Positions 55,001 to 64,000 of a stretch of DNA of 64,000 bases are shown here, piece after piece (the stretch's first letter is position 1; each line of letters opens with the position of its first letter). This DNA comes from Thalia democratica. Taxonomy: Eukaryota. Made by a program: the position numbers and the translations under genes. The notes under the pieces are model-generated. The model saw only the letters and a list, made by a program, of their open reading frames with translations, was not told the DNA's origin and did no database searches. Where the stretch lies: assembly GCA_965202585.1 (NCBI GenBank), contig OZ241829.1, positions 6,572,001 to 6,636,000 on the forward strand, in the 5' to 3' direction.

Positions 55001-58000
55001 TTTCAACACACAAGTATTTCAAACTAAGTTAGATTCAATAGACTAATGAAAACTTTAGGTGTTTACTTAAATATACATTAACTAAGTTATCTTTTTTTTT
55101 TCTTTTTTAGTTATTGCTTAGAGTATATTTAAAAATTGGTTCACCTTAAAAATTTAGAAACTATTGGAATAAACTAAACATATTTGTTATTTATCTGATA
55201 TTTACTATCTCCTTGTTACAGGTCACTAACTAATTGTATCAACGAAATCGTTAGATTCTCCTGCTTTTTCGTCAACAAAAGGAACAACTTCTGCTCTGTA
55301 GATTTCTCCTGACACGTAAGGACGATCGAAAGATGTCTGCAGTGTGGATCTGGAATTTAAATAAGGCTATAAGGCTCATACCAGTATCATAAAAATAAAT
55401 ATAGGTACGAGTTAAATGCGCACATATATTTTAAATTATTTAGAGTAGTTATTACTTTTATAATAAATTATAACACAAAATGATTTATCAAAAAAATTAA
55501 AGATTTTGTTATTATATATCCCTATAAGGTAAACTAAGTATTTAAAACCAAAACATTGTTTCTTTTCAGAAAATTATTTCTTTTACCTATAATTGAGAAA
55601 CAAGCTCGTATCAGAATTAAACACAACTTTATAATGCATTACAATCAATTTATTCTTACAAAGTCTTAAATTAGTATTTTTTATTTCCACAAGACAATTA
55701 TTATTTGAAGCTAAAATGTTAAAAAAAACCTATAAGAGTTTACGTTTTTTTTACGTACTTGTACAAACTAAATCAGCATACTGATAACAAAATTCATGTA
55801 AAAATTACCTTGATGAGTTGAGTGTTTGGACTTCTTGTTCGACCTGCTGATCCGACGAATACAGCGTCACTCTGTATGACGTCACAGCGAAAGTCGGCGA
55901 GGGTTGGAAGAAAAGTCGAATGAAGTTCCTAGTGGCAGTCAGTTTTCCAGATGGGACCGGTTTCGATGAGTAGAAGTCTGTAGAATTTATGGAGTAAGAA
56001 ATTAACTTAATAAGTAGTTTTTAAACTTTTTTTTTTATTAAATAAAAGGTAAAGATATAATGTTTTTCAGTAAAAGTCGACTTTAATCCTGAAATCACGA
56101 AAAATACGTTAGAAATTTACTTTTAGTATAGTATATATAAGTTGTATATTTTCATTTGAATTTTAAAAACTCTTATACAATTGAAATACAACAACTAATG
56201 GCTAAAAAATATTTTTGTTAACCCACCGTGTTTAGCTTTGAATTTCTCCGAAACCACCGACTTGTTGCCAACCGAAACAGTTTCTACTGTGACGTAATAA
56301 TCATCTTCCTCTGGATTTAATTTCAACCCGTCTATTTGGAATACAAACATCCGAGTCCGCTGCTCGAAATCGTCCATGTCCACAATCAGGGATTTCCCCT
56401 CGCTTGAAACCACAAAGTGCTTGTACTTGGACTGGGAAGGAGGGAAGAATTTTCCGTGTATTTTGGTAAAGTCGGCCTTCGCCATCATTATCGACACTGC
56501 TTTTGGTTCTACAATCGAAGAAAAAATGTTTGTAAAGGAAGAGCAGGTTATAGATATTTGTTCAATGTTTTTTTTGCAATTTCAATATTTCAATCAATAC
56601 ATTTTGACCGTTTAAGAAAAAAAAAATCACAGCGGGAAAATTATGCTCTAAGCAACTCAAAACCAAGTGTAGCTACAATAAGAAAAACTTGAGTACTTTA
56701 AGAGTAACGACGAAAAAACACAAAACGAATCAAACCGAGATCGAAGCTGATGGTTGCAGGTTTGCTCTTCGCTTCATTGACCACGGTTGTGACTGTGACG
56801 TCATAACTTTCTCCTTGCACCAAATTATCAACCGTCACGCTTGACTGATCACCCGGAACGTCGATTCTCCTCGCTTCCCCGTCACTAGGTGTCAGTGTGA
56901 CTCGGAAAGAGTCACGTGGGAGGTCGGGAGAAAGGTTCCAACTGATTTTGGCTGTAGTCTTGCCAAGCTCCACCTTCAGATCATCCACTTTTGTTGGAAT
57001 GGCTGCAGAAGAAAAACATTGTAAAAGATAAATCACTTACAAATAGATATTAATTATATGTTTTATGAAATTGTACATGTTCAATAAAGGTTTTTATATA
57101 GTTAAATAATTTCATTATTAAGTAGTATGCATTTAGAAAAAAAAATATATATACATTGATTAAAACATATATGATGAATTTTAATGAAGAAAAAAAGTTT
57201 TGCGAACTCGAGAACAAAAACGAAGTTTAAAACCTTTACCTCAGAGATAAAGCAAAACAAACTAAACGCGTGTCTTCTTAATAGTTAAATCGAAGGTGTA
57301 AAACTTTAACCTGATTTGTGTACATACACTTAAAACAACAAACTATTAAAATCAAAACTGCCCAACTCACCGGATTCGACCTGCAAGTCGGTGGAAACGA
57401 ACTCTGAGAACTTTCCGTCGCATCCGAGACCCCTTATTTCGACGTTGTACACCTTGGAGGGTGTGAGTGGGGTTTTGAAGGTGACGTCATAATTGGCTGG
57501 TTCCGACGCGGCAACTTCAATCTGTTCGTATATATCAAGTTAATTACATTGTTCAAATACAAGGTAAAATCCGTGTTTTAATTTCTTAAAAGTATATTAG
57601 ATGAACCTGTTTGTGAATTTTATTTTTTAAATGAATTCACTAAGCGTTCGCAAAATGTTCTTTATTTTAGGTGTAAATTCAAATAAAAATTTCACATAAA
57701 TTTAAAGATGTTTGCTTTGTAATAAAAAATGTAAAAATTATCATTATTTTCAGTGAGTTTTTATCAAACACGTGTTAGAATGTAAACTGGTTGCTTCTTT
57801 ACTTATTCCTCAAAAAATTTATCAACGTTAATAAACATAAATACACACCTCTTCAACAGTGTTGCCTTCCAGCACGAGTCTCGCCTGATGAGGTTGTTTC
57901 GATGCTGACGTGAACCTGATGTTTAGTCTGTTCGAACCCGTGAAGCTGTGATCCACCATCTCCGCTAAGTGAGGATCTACACATTGTAGTTTGTAAGGTT

Positions 58001-61000
58001 TCGTATAAAAACCAAAACTATATTAGTTAAAAATGATTTATTTTAATGCGTAAAATTATAATTGTTGGTTAGCAGAAAGCTTAAAAAAGCTTTTAAAACT
58101 CTGAAAAAAGATACATGTGGTGTGACCTAATTTCAACATATAAGCTTAAAACAATCTTTTTTAGTTTTTTTAACAGTGAAGTACAAAAATTTATAACTAA
58201 ATGTTAAAAAAAAACTAACAAGTGCAGAATTCTCTGGTCATTTTTATGTTTCTGTCGTCTATTTTGAAGTACATGTTCAGTATGAACACCTGAGCAGGTT
58301 TCAGAAGATCAGACGGGCAGAATACAGTTTCTGTGTCCTCGTCAACTTGGAAAACCTGAAAAAAAATAAACTTCTAGTTTAGCTGACCGTATCATAAAAC
58401 CACTCTATTAGTAAGAATTAAAAGAATTTATACTTTAAAAGTTTAGAAATCCCTGAGAAAAAACTTTAACAAAAAACTTTTTATACTAATGTACACCATT
58501 TCAAAAGTATCATTTACAAACGTTCTCTTATTTCAAAAAGTCAAACGATTGTTTTCACGTTGAAATTGTTTCGAATATCAACTGCGTTCTATAAACATAG
58601 TTTGATGACCAAATATTCAGCATTGCAACGTACGCTTTGACTGTTTTAGCTTGTCAAAAGTTTTAATCTTTTTAAACTGTAAAACTGTTTTATTGATGTT
58701 AATCTTTTCATTACAGCTGTAAAGTACTTTTTCTTTTATTTGCGTATCTGAACACCAACACAAAATAAATAACGTGTTAAAGTACAACCAATGATTTTTT
58801 TACTTAAACAAAAATTCGGAAAACTGCTTGGAAACTGCTTCTACCTTTTTCAAATAGTAAAATAAAAGCATTTTAAGAAACAAACCTTTACGACGTCACC
58901 ATCTTCTGTTGTCACTTCAACTGTGACGTCAGTAGCATCGGTTGGCATGGTAACCTCAATGGAAGCTGACCCGTTGCTATGCGGGGTTGCTACGATGTCA
59001 GCAGGTGCTGATGGGGCTGAAAATGAGGAAGATGATTATTTATTCAATAAATATTTCAAAACATTCTAAAGTCAAGGTAAAAATAAAAATTAAAAAATAA
59101 AAAAGTTTAGTTGTTTATTCTATTTCAATATCTAAGTTTTCAGAAAATAGTATTTTTTTAATAACCAAATTTAACTATTTTAAAATTTGTGACATAATAA
59201 ACTTAAAGGAACGCAAATAAAATACTTTATCTATACTATTATTTTCGATAAAAAAACTAATTAGTCAAACTAACTGGGTTCGACGAGGAATGTAACGGGG
59301 TCGCTGCTGACGTAGTAGTCGACGTAGTCGTTGTCCCTGGTCGTCACCGTGGTAACCCTGTATGTGACGTCAGGATCCGCCCTGAAGTCCTTCAGTGTCG
59401 CTTTAAATTCCCTCCTGTTTTCTACGTCATCTGTGGTTTCTGTTGGATATATTATTTAATACATTCGTTGAATTAAAACTATTTACTTACTTTTCTTGCT
59501 AACTTTAACAAAGTTGAATGCCAAAAGTGTTTAGAACTTACTTTATTTACAATGAATTAAATTTTTTTTTTATTATTTGTCATTATAAGTACATTTTTAA
59601 TAACTTAATTTTTTTTTAGCTAACTAAAAGATGATAATGTTTTTGATATTTACAGTTTAGGTTTTTAAAGTATTTACACTACTAGATAACTAAAGTTTTC
59701 ACAAGTATACTAGAAATAACTTAAATGCTTAACAAGTAACTGTAAGAGTACGTTTGTAAAAAAAGTTCTCAATTTATTTAGCTTATGTTGTATTTTTATG
59801 TTAAACATATCAATGTTACTATATTAGTATTTGTTTTATATTGTTAAAATTGTAAAACTATTTTTTTTTGTTTGAAATAACTTTTAATTCAAACAAGTGT
59901 TTAAAAAAGACTAATTACTTAACAAATATATGAAAATTAAAAAATGGCTTTGAAAAATTTTTGTGCACAACTAAACTTAAACAGTATCTTAATTCTATTT
60001 ACTTGACTATTTAAACTATTCTTTTAAACTAAGTTATTATCAAAAAAAAAAAAAACAAAGCTTTTGTTTTAATTTATTTTCTAAAAAGAAACGTTTTCAA
60101 AAAGCTAAAAATAAAAAATAAAAAAATTAAGTCTTTTTTAAAACACTCTGTAAGTTTCAATTCTAAACAACAATGAGAACATTTAATTATAAAATATTAA
60201 ATAATCTATGCTCAACTTTTTATATAACACAAACTCATAGATATAAGTTGCTTTAATATCCGTTAAATATTTTTTTTACATTGACTGTTATAACAAACCA
60301 ATAGTATTCAAAAATAAGTTTAGTTAAACTTTTACGAAAAAAGAAAATCAATTACAACCAACTAACCTTGACCGTAACAACTTAAAAATTCGAAATGTAA
60401 CAAACACAACAGAACAAGTTTAAACATTTGAATCTGCACTCAACATGTAAAGTCGAGAATCAAATGCAATTGAGGTGTTAGCTCACAACAAGTAGTATAT
60501 TGCCGCGGGGAACAACATAACAATAACAGTAAGGCGGCAAAAATGCGCGGTGCCATTGTTTTCACATCTTTTGTTTTTGTGTATACTTAAAAAATTGTAG
60601 TTCATAACAGCTAAGATGAGTAATTTTAATTAATATCTACTGCCATTGTAAAAAGGTGTTAAAAAAAACTTAAAGTTCATATTAGCTTATTGTAAGAAAT
60701 TATAATTAATATACTATGCCTTTGTACACACACATTTTGTTATTTTATGTCAAATTTTTCAAATTGCAGTTAATATAGGCATGATGTGCTAAGATTTTAT
60801 AAAAAAATGCTATTATATCCAGATCTTTTGTTTTAAAAACATTTTTTTTTCAATTTAAACTTGAATTAAACTCAATTGATAAAATTTTAACTAGTATTTT
60901 TTAGCTTCGATATGTAATTGAATTCAGATGTTTTGCTTTTGTGTATACTTAAGCAAATGTAGTTCATTTAAGCTTATCGAGCTCATACTATTAATTAATA

Positions 61001-63780
61001 ATTTCAAGCCTTTGTATGGTTTAAACCCAAGTAAGAAATGTCGAATTGCTTATATATTACCATTGTGTTTAGATGTTTTGTTTAATAAAAATTTGTTTAA
61101 TTTCAGTTCAACTAAGCTGTGTGGGTCACATTTTAATTAACGCTCTGTGTCTTGGTTTAACTTGCATGCAAATAAGATGTCGTTGTATTCAGTTGTTTTT
61201 TGGTTTTTCAATAGTTTTGCAACTTGCAGTTCATTAAAGCTCATTCTAATTGATATTTTCGACCTTGGTGTAATGTACACACAAGTAAAAAAAAATCCTA
61301 ATTGGTTTTCAGTATCATTACTGCATGTTATTTTGCTCAATTAAATTTTTCTTAATACAATTTCGATCAAACATACTGAGAATTTTTTACTAGATTATTG
61401 TTTTTTTTTTTTCGTTTTTATTGTGTCTTCATAAACTTACAGTTTTAACAAAACTAAGTATTGGTTTCTGTTCTTTTTATGTTGTACTTTTAGTATAATT
61501 CAGTTCATCATAGTTTAAAGTAACAATGTTGGCAAAATTTAGTTTAGTTAAAATTACTATGACGGTATACATTCTTAGAAATTGTGAAGGTTGTTTAGGT
61601 GATATGTGTATTTATTTTTTAGTCTAATGAAAAACTCTGTAGCAAACATAATATTGTGACGTAGTCACACAAACTGCAACATTTTTGTTTAATATTCAGA
61701 AAAAAATGTATATTTTCCTAAAATTAGTCTTTTTTTTATTAAAAAGTATCAGATAAAGATTTTGTAAATAATCTTTAAGTACTTTTTTGTTGACATCTTA
61801 AGCAATGCGAGCAAGACTCACATAAACTGTTTAGTATTTGCAAGTGCTTATAACCTTATGCATAATTGATTTTTACTGTGTTAAAAAAGATTTATTTTCT
61901 GAACACAAAATTCAGCTGATCGTAGTTGATAATTTAAAACAGAGAATGAAAATTTAAACAAGAGATTTTCAGGCATAGAAAGAGAACAAAACTAACTAGT
62001 TTTTACATTAAAAACTTATAAGTTATTTACTTGGATTTTCTAAACATAGTTAAGTCTGACTGTTTTTTGCTTTTACTATAACAATTTAATTTGCAAATTT
62101 AGTCTACATAAGTCTACAAACGTTTTAATGTGCGAACTAATAACTTACTGTGTTAAAAAAACTTCTTAAATATAAAAACTTTATTTTTTGTATAAGTCTG
62201 TTAAGTATTGCATATAAAACACTTTATTCGTAACACTCCTTAAAGTATGCTTTGTAATTTTCTGATTTTGAACATGCATGAAAGTAATTTGCTACATAAT
62301 GGCACCAATTTTAATGTGAATATACATTTGCAGATTTATATTCTCCTATGTTTTTAATGTTAAAGTATGTGGAATATTTTTAAACTATGAGATGAAGTTT
62401 TAAGGAAAGTCGTTTTTAAGTGTTTTCCAAGGTTATAAATTACTATAAGTTTTGGCAAAGATTGAAAAATAACTTTGGCAATTATGCAAATTTTTACGGT
62501 TTTTAATTCGTGATTTGAACACCTTTTATCAATTTTGCCGATCTTTCAAATTGTTGCGAAGGCAATTTTGGGTTTACAAGAATTTTCTTTCACTTTAAGA
62601 CCAAATTTGAAAGTTAAAATTTGATCATATTAATACCAAGTCACGGTAAAAATTATGAAAAGAAAATACTAATGCAACTTCTAACTTTTAACTTGAAAAT
62701 TCATAATAATACTTTATAAATTATTCGTAAACTAATATTATAGTGTTGTTAGATAATTTGCCACATATATGCAATGTTTTAAGTGTTTAAATTTCGAAGT
62801 TGCATGAATTTTTGTTGTTTTCACATTTTGATTAAATTGAAAGTGATAATTTCTATAGTTAAAACGTTTTTTTATTTTTCATATACTACTGAAAACTTAA
62901 ACTACACCACACGAACAAATATAAACAAGACCGTAGAAACAGTTTCAAAGCATTAACTACGCGATTTAACTACAGTTTTGCATTAACACTGTTTATTAAT
63001 TTAAAAAAAAAGTAAAGTTAAAATTTGTAAAATAAAACAACAATTCACTACTAATTCACCCACCTAAATTAAAAAGGTTGTAGAACGTAGATTCTCCAGT
63101 GTTCGTGTCTTCGATTGTGCAGTTGAAACCGTCGACGAAACCCTTGTCAACTGTAAACGTCACGAACGTTTCGTTCAACGTGACGTCATAATGCGGTTGG
63201 AGAGAAACTGAACTTGCTTCGAGCGGTCCTGTTAATAATAGATTTTTTTTACTGCTGAAATTATAAGAATATTTCATTTAGAAAACAATGGTGTACCAAA
63301 GTGCGTAATTAACAAATTTATACTTAATTGGAAAAGCACAGGCTTTTATGTATAAAGACTAACTGTTTTGAGTATGAACTTTTAAAGTTTTCATACTTTA
63401 TGATAAAAGTAAATAAATAACTTAAATATAATAAATAAATATTTGTATACATATAACTCAAATGGGTGTGAACAACATAAGGTTCTTCGCTGTACAATAG
63501 CTATGTACAGCAAAATATTTAAAAATGCATAAATTCCAAAAACTAACTGAGGTGGGTGTGAATTACTAGAGGTTCTTCACTGTATGTCTTTCCAATGGCG
63601 TATTTAACTTGGAACACCAGTTTGTTGCCGGGAAGATCCGGAAGTGATTCCTCGAAGAACCGGTAGTTTGCGTGTCCACGGATGAGCGAGGAATCGATCA
63701 GGTAAAATCCGTATTGTTTGTGCGCAGCGTGCAATGTGAACCTGCGAGAAAGATTGTCCGTTAGTAAATAGTTGTTATTT
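21965..63780 (-). CDS. Giant multi-exon single-pass membrane protein, 5'-partial: >=25 FN3-like repeats, Pro-rich hinge, SEA-like modules, Ser-Gly clusters, mucin segment, TM helix, short cytoplasmic tail (about 4,400 aa in window)
   Basis: 85 GC-elevated exons with GT-AG boundaries and matching phases, open frame to TGA at 21965-21967. Exons 5'->3': 63548-63741 (or -63780), 63064-63228, 59275-59439, 58886-59016, 58220-58355, 57849-57976, 57371-57521, 56736-57002, 56227-56508, 55809-55977, 55231-55349, 54868-54964, 54190-54383, 53746-53874, 53018-53322, 51892-52039, 51513-51649, 51162-51303, 50804-50960, 50436-50557, 50131-50233, 49675-49838, 49374-49569, 48984-49093, 48446-48626, 48043-48164, 47646-47757, 47253-47413, 46833-46983, 46468-46583, 45953-46133, 45310-45443, 44757-45011, 44074-44212, 43555-43679, 43145-43361, 42791-42915, 42439-42547, 41954-42129, 41571-41733, 41137-41252, 40594-40747, 40039-40178, 39773-39878, 39317-39471, 38818-38974, 38535-38680, 37895-38264, 37519-37649, 37202-37344, 36583-36748, 36188-36328, 35453-35599, 35190-35293, 34825-35035, 34403-34572, 33861-34087, 33477-33653, 33041-33183, 32754-32825, 32322 (or 32298)-32443, 31927-32108, 31424-31603, 31152-31285, 30700-30897, 30143-30378, 29522-29737, 28847-28963, 28413-28560, 28079-28242, 27612-27926, 27104-27283, 26635-26788, 26276-26346, 25730-25952, 25512-25538, 25246-25358, 24992-25070, 24433-24624, 24011-24163, 23472-23687, 23095-23208, 23014-23028, 22487-22604, 21965-22010. 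Confidence 0.92.
22487..22604 (-). CDS. Transmembrane exon
   Basis: RFKEPSTVGPPSGWLLIALAVALLVAIVALSVMSYIKAT: about 23-aa hydrophobic helix followed by basic residues. ACAG acceptor, GTGAGT donor. Confidence 0.9.
23014..23208 (-). CDS. Thr-rich juxtamembrane stalk exon (23095-23208) and 15-nt micro-exon (23014-23028, TDTCK)
   Basis: VLPPWTEVEPTVPVTIPEATTVPEITTQQLNTTADVTT. The micro-exon sequence and splice sites are conserved in the duplicate (5169-5183). Confidence 0.75.
23472..26788 (-). CDS. Membrane-proximal SEA-like modules with two more Ser-Gly clusters; includes 27-nt micro-exon 25512-25538
   Basis: In-frame exon chain with FSGYSGSGEGSGD (24433-24624) and GSGEGSGEGSGS (23472-23687). 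The micro-exon VPGPFIPDK has TTGCAG acceptor and GTGAGT donor, phase 1-1. Confidence 0.8.
27104..28242 (-). CDS. Thr/Pro/Glu-rich mucin-like segment (3 exons)
   Basis: TTIAMTTQKETTFVDTTMETTHVATTT.., VTTEEPTPPTPEPVPTTTMVTTETMTTTPEVTTEP.., KATTPEPTTTVEITTQEVTTP. Confidence 0.88.
27730..27870. repeat. Coding 33-bp tandem repeat (11-aa MTTTPEVTTEP), 4 full units plus a partial unit
   Basis: Units beginning gtggtaacc at 27730, 27763, 27796, 27829 and 27862. Confidence 0.9.
28413..30378 (-). CDS. Further SEA-like modules (4 exons)
   Basis: Exons 30143-30378, 29522-29737, 28847-28963 and 28413-28560 join in frame (e.g. TVAVIGKMDVSLDP..GDVVTAHFKLDIK; RLFTAEFEMVIP..VESIHFNRV). The fold assignment is inference. 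Confidence 0.6.
30700..30897 (-). CDS. Exon with Ser-Gly cluster (putative glycosaminoglycan attachment sites)
   Basis: FLGSGNSGSGMEGSGFEGSGSSDPEGSGYYG: SG dipeptides with acidic neighbours, as in perlecan, agrin and syndecan GAG sites. Confidence 0.8.
31152..37649 (-). CDS. Region of several SEA-like / ferredoxin-fold modules (16 exons)
   Basis: Alternating beta and helical patterns, including the SEA-typical FNVKIEFTF..DLFKDPDSEYFKQQKEDIEQM (34403-34572) and VRIDVDREFFFE..SKNELSEQLNDLLKTFKSGLFKSVEFLRF (31424-31603). The domain identity of several modules is inferred, and no canonical GSVVV cleavage motif was seen. Confidence 0.65.
37895..38264 (-). CDS. Exon encoding polyproline hinge followed by first SEA-like module
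   Basis: GTFPTLPPPPPTISPPPPIPTMTPQPTTPPHISTRFPPPVPPPISPPLPPPRR, then NYVMVVRV..NEKESSKRKELENDVTKSF. Acceptor TTCAG at 38265, donor GTAAAA at 37894. Confidence 0.85.
38535..63780 (-). CDS. FN3 array portion of the giant gene (47 exons; about 25 complete fibronectin type III-like domains plus one partial at the window edge)
   Basis: Repeated units of about 85-100 aa with phase-1 introns at domain borders, usually two exons per domain. FN3 hallmarks are visible, e.g. AIPTKVDDLKVELGKTTAKISWNLSP..DNLVQGESYDVTVTTV (56736-57002), GGLVPGERYQASVTSY (53018-53322), TGLRPGHEYYIKI (43555-43679), GLYPGNTYKIKI (41137-41252). The style resembles PTPRB/PTPRJ or tenascin ectodomain FN3 repeats (family knowledge, not a search result). 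Confidence 0.88.
60367..60427 (-). CDS. Candidate internal alternative first coding exon B encoding signal peptide MFKLVLLCLLHFEFLSCYGQ
   Basis: ATG at 60427, hydrophobic core, small-residue cleavage context (CYG-Q), strong donor AAG|GTTAGT at 60366. Phase 1 splices in frame to exon 59275-59439 (G+AA = Glu). A CAG acceptor lies 6 nt upstream of the ATG. Confidence 0.6.
60440..60556 (-). CDS. 38-aa uORF, or alternative signal-peptide exon A (MAPRIFAALLLLLCCSPRQYTTC|CELTPQLHLILDFTC*)
   Basis: ATG in strong context (aaaacaATGG) at 60556, Leu-rich h-region, internal donor T|GTGAGC at 60486 (phase 1). If unspliced, TGA at 60440-60442 falls 12 nt before ATG-B. Confidence 0.4.
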   Translation of the reverse strand: MAPRIFAALLLLLCCSPRQYTTCCELTPQLHLILDFTC

Positions 63781-64000
63781 CTAAAAAAACACATTTCTAT
63801 TTTTCAGGTATTTTGTAATTTTTGTTTAAAGTTAAGCTAAAGTTGAGTTTAAAGAATAAAAAAGTTTCTAGTATGTGTATAAGTGTTAGCTGTAACTATT
63901 AACTTTTAAAAGTTTTGAACATATATCCATGTTTGTGAATCTATGTACGTACTTATTTTTATCCAGGTCTTACTGTTTTGTCTAGTAAACACGAAGTCAC

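Noticed and set aside
60928-61344. Short ORFs in the large intron
   Set aside because: AT-rich with no splice or codon support; only the 60367-60556 leaders have phase-compatible donors.
21965-63780. Non-canonical introns or a reassigned genetic code
   Set aside because: All 84 traced introns could be modelled as GT-AG, and no in-frame stop needed read-through.
21965-63780. Calling the gene a receptor tyrosine phosphatase, usherin, tenascin or MUC ortholog
   Set aside because: There is no PTP domain, LamG/EGF/fibrinogen domain or canonical SEA GSVVV motif in the window; similarity is only at module level, so no gene symbol is given.

Overview
AT-rich, intron-dense animal genomic DNA. A tunicate is my guess from composition and exon motif bias; this is inference only. 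Most of the window (21965 to at least 63780, minus strand) is one giant gene. I traced 85 coding exons by hand, all GT-AG with consistent phases, giving about 13.3 kb of CDS (about 4,400 aa); the 5' end lies beyond the window. The product is a predicted single-pass membrane proteoglycan/mucin. It has at least 25 FN3-like repeats, a polyproline hinge, several SEA-like modules, Ser-Gly (EGSG) clusters, a Thr-rich mucin segment, a TM helix and a short tail with a GSYSP motif, and no phosphatase or kinase domain. The last 7 exons plus 3' UTR (about 3.65 kb) are duplicated about 14 kb downstream at 3643-7280, with a frameshift in one exon. The spacer holds diverged tandem duplications, GNA-capped DNA hairpins and a 75-bp satellite. 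The most striking signals: (1) the palindrome TGACGTCA occurs 34 times in coding exons and almost nowhere else, together with X-box-like palindromes; (2) two candidate signal-peptide first exons sit side by side in the 3.6-kb intron; (3) the duplicated 3' cassette is still spliceable. All coordinates and counts were obtained by manual reading and may be off by a few bases.
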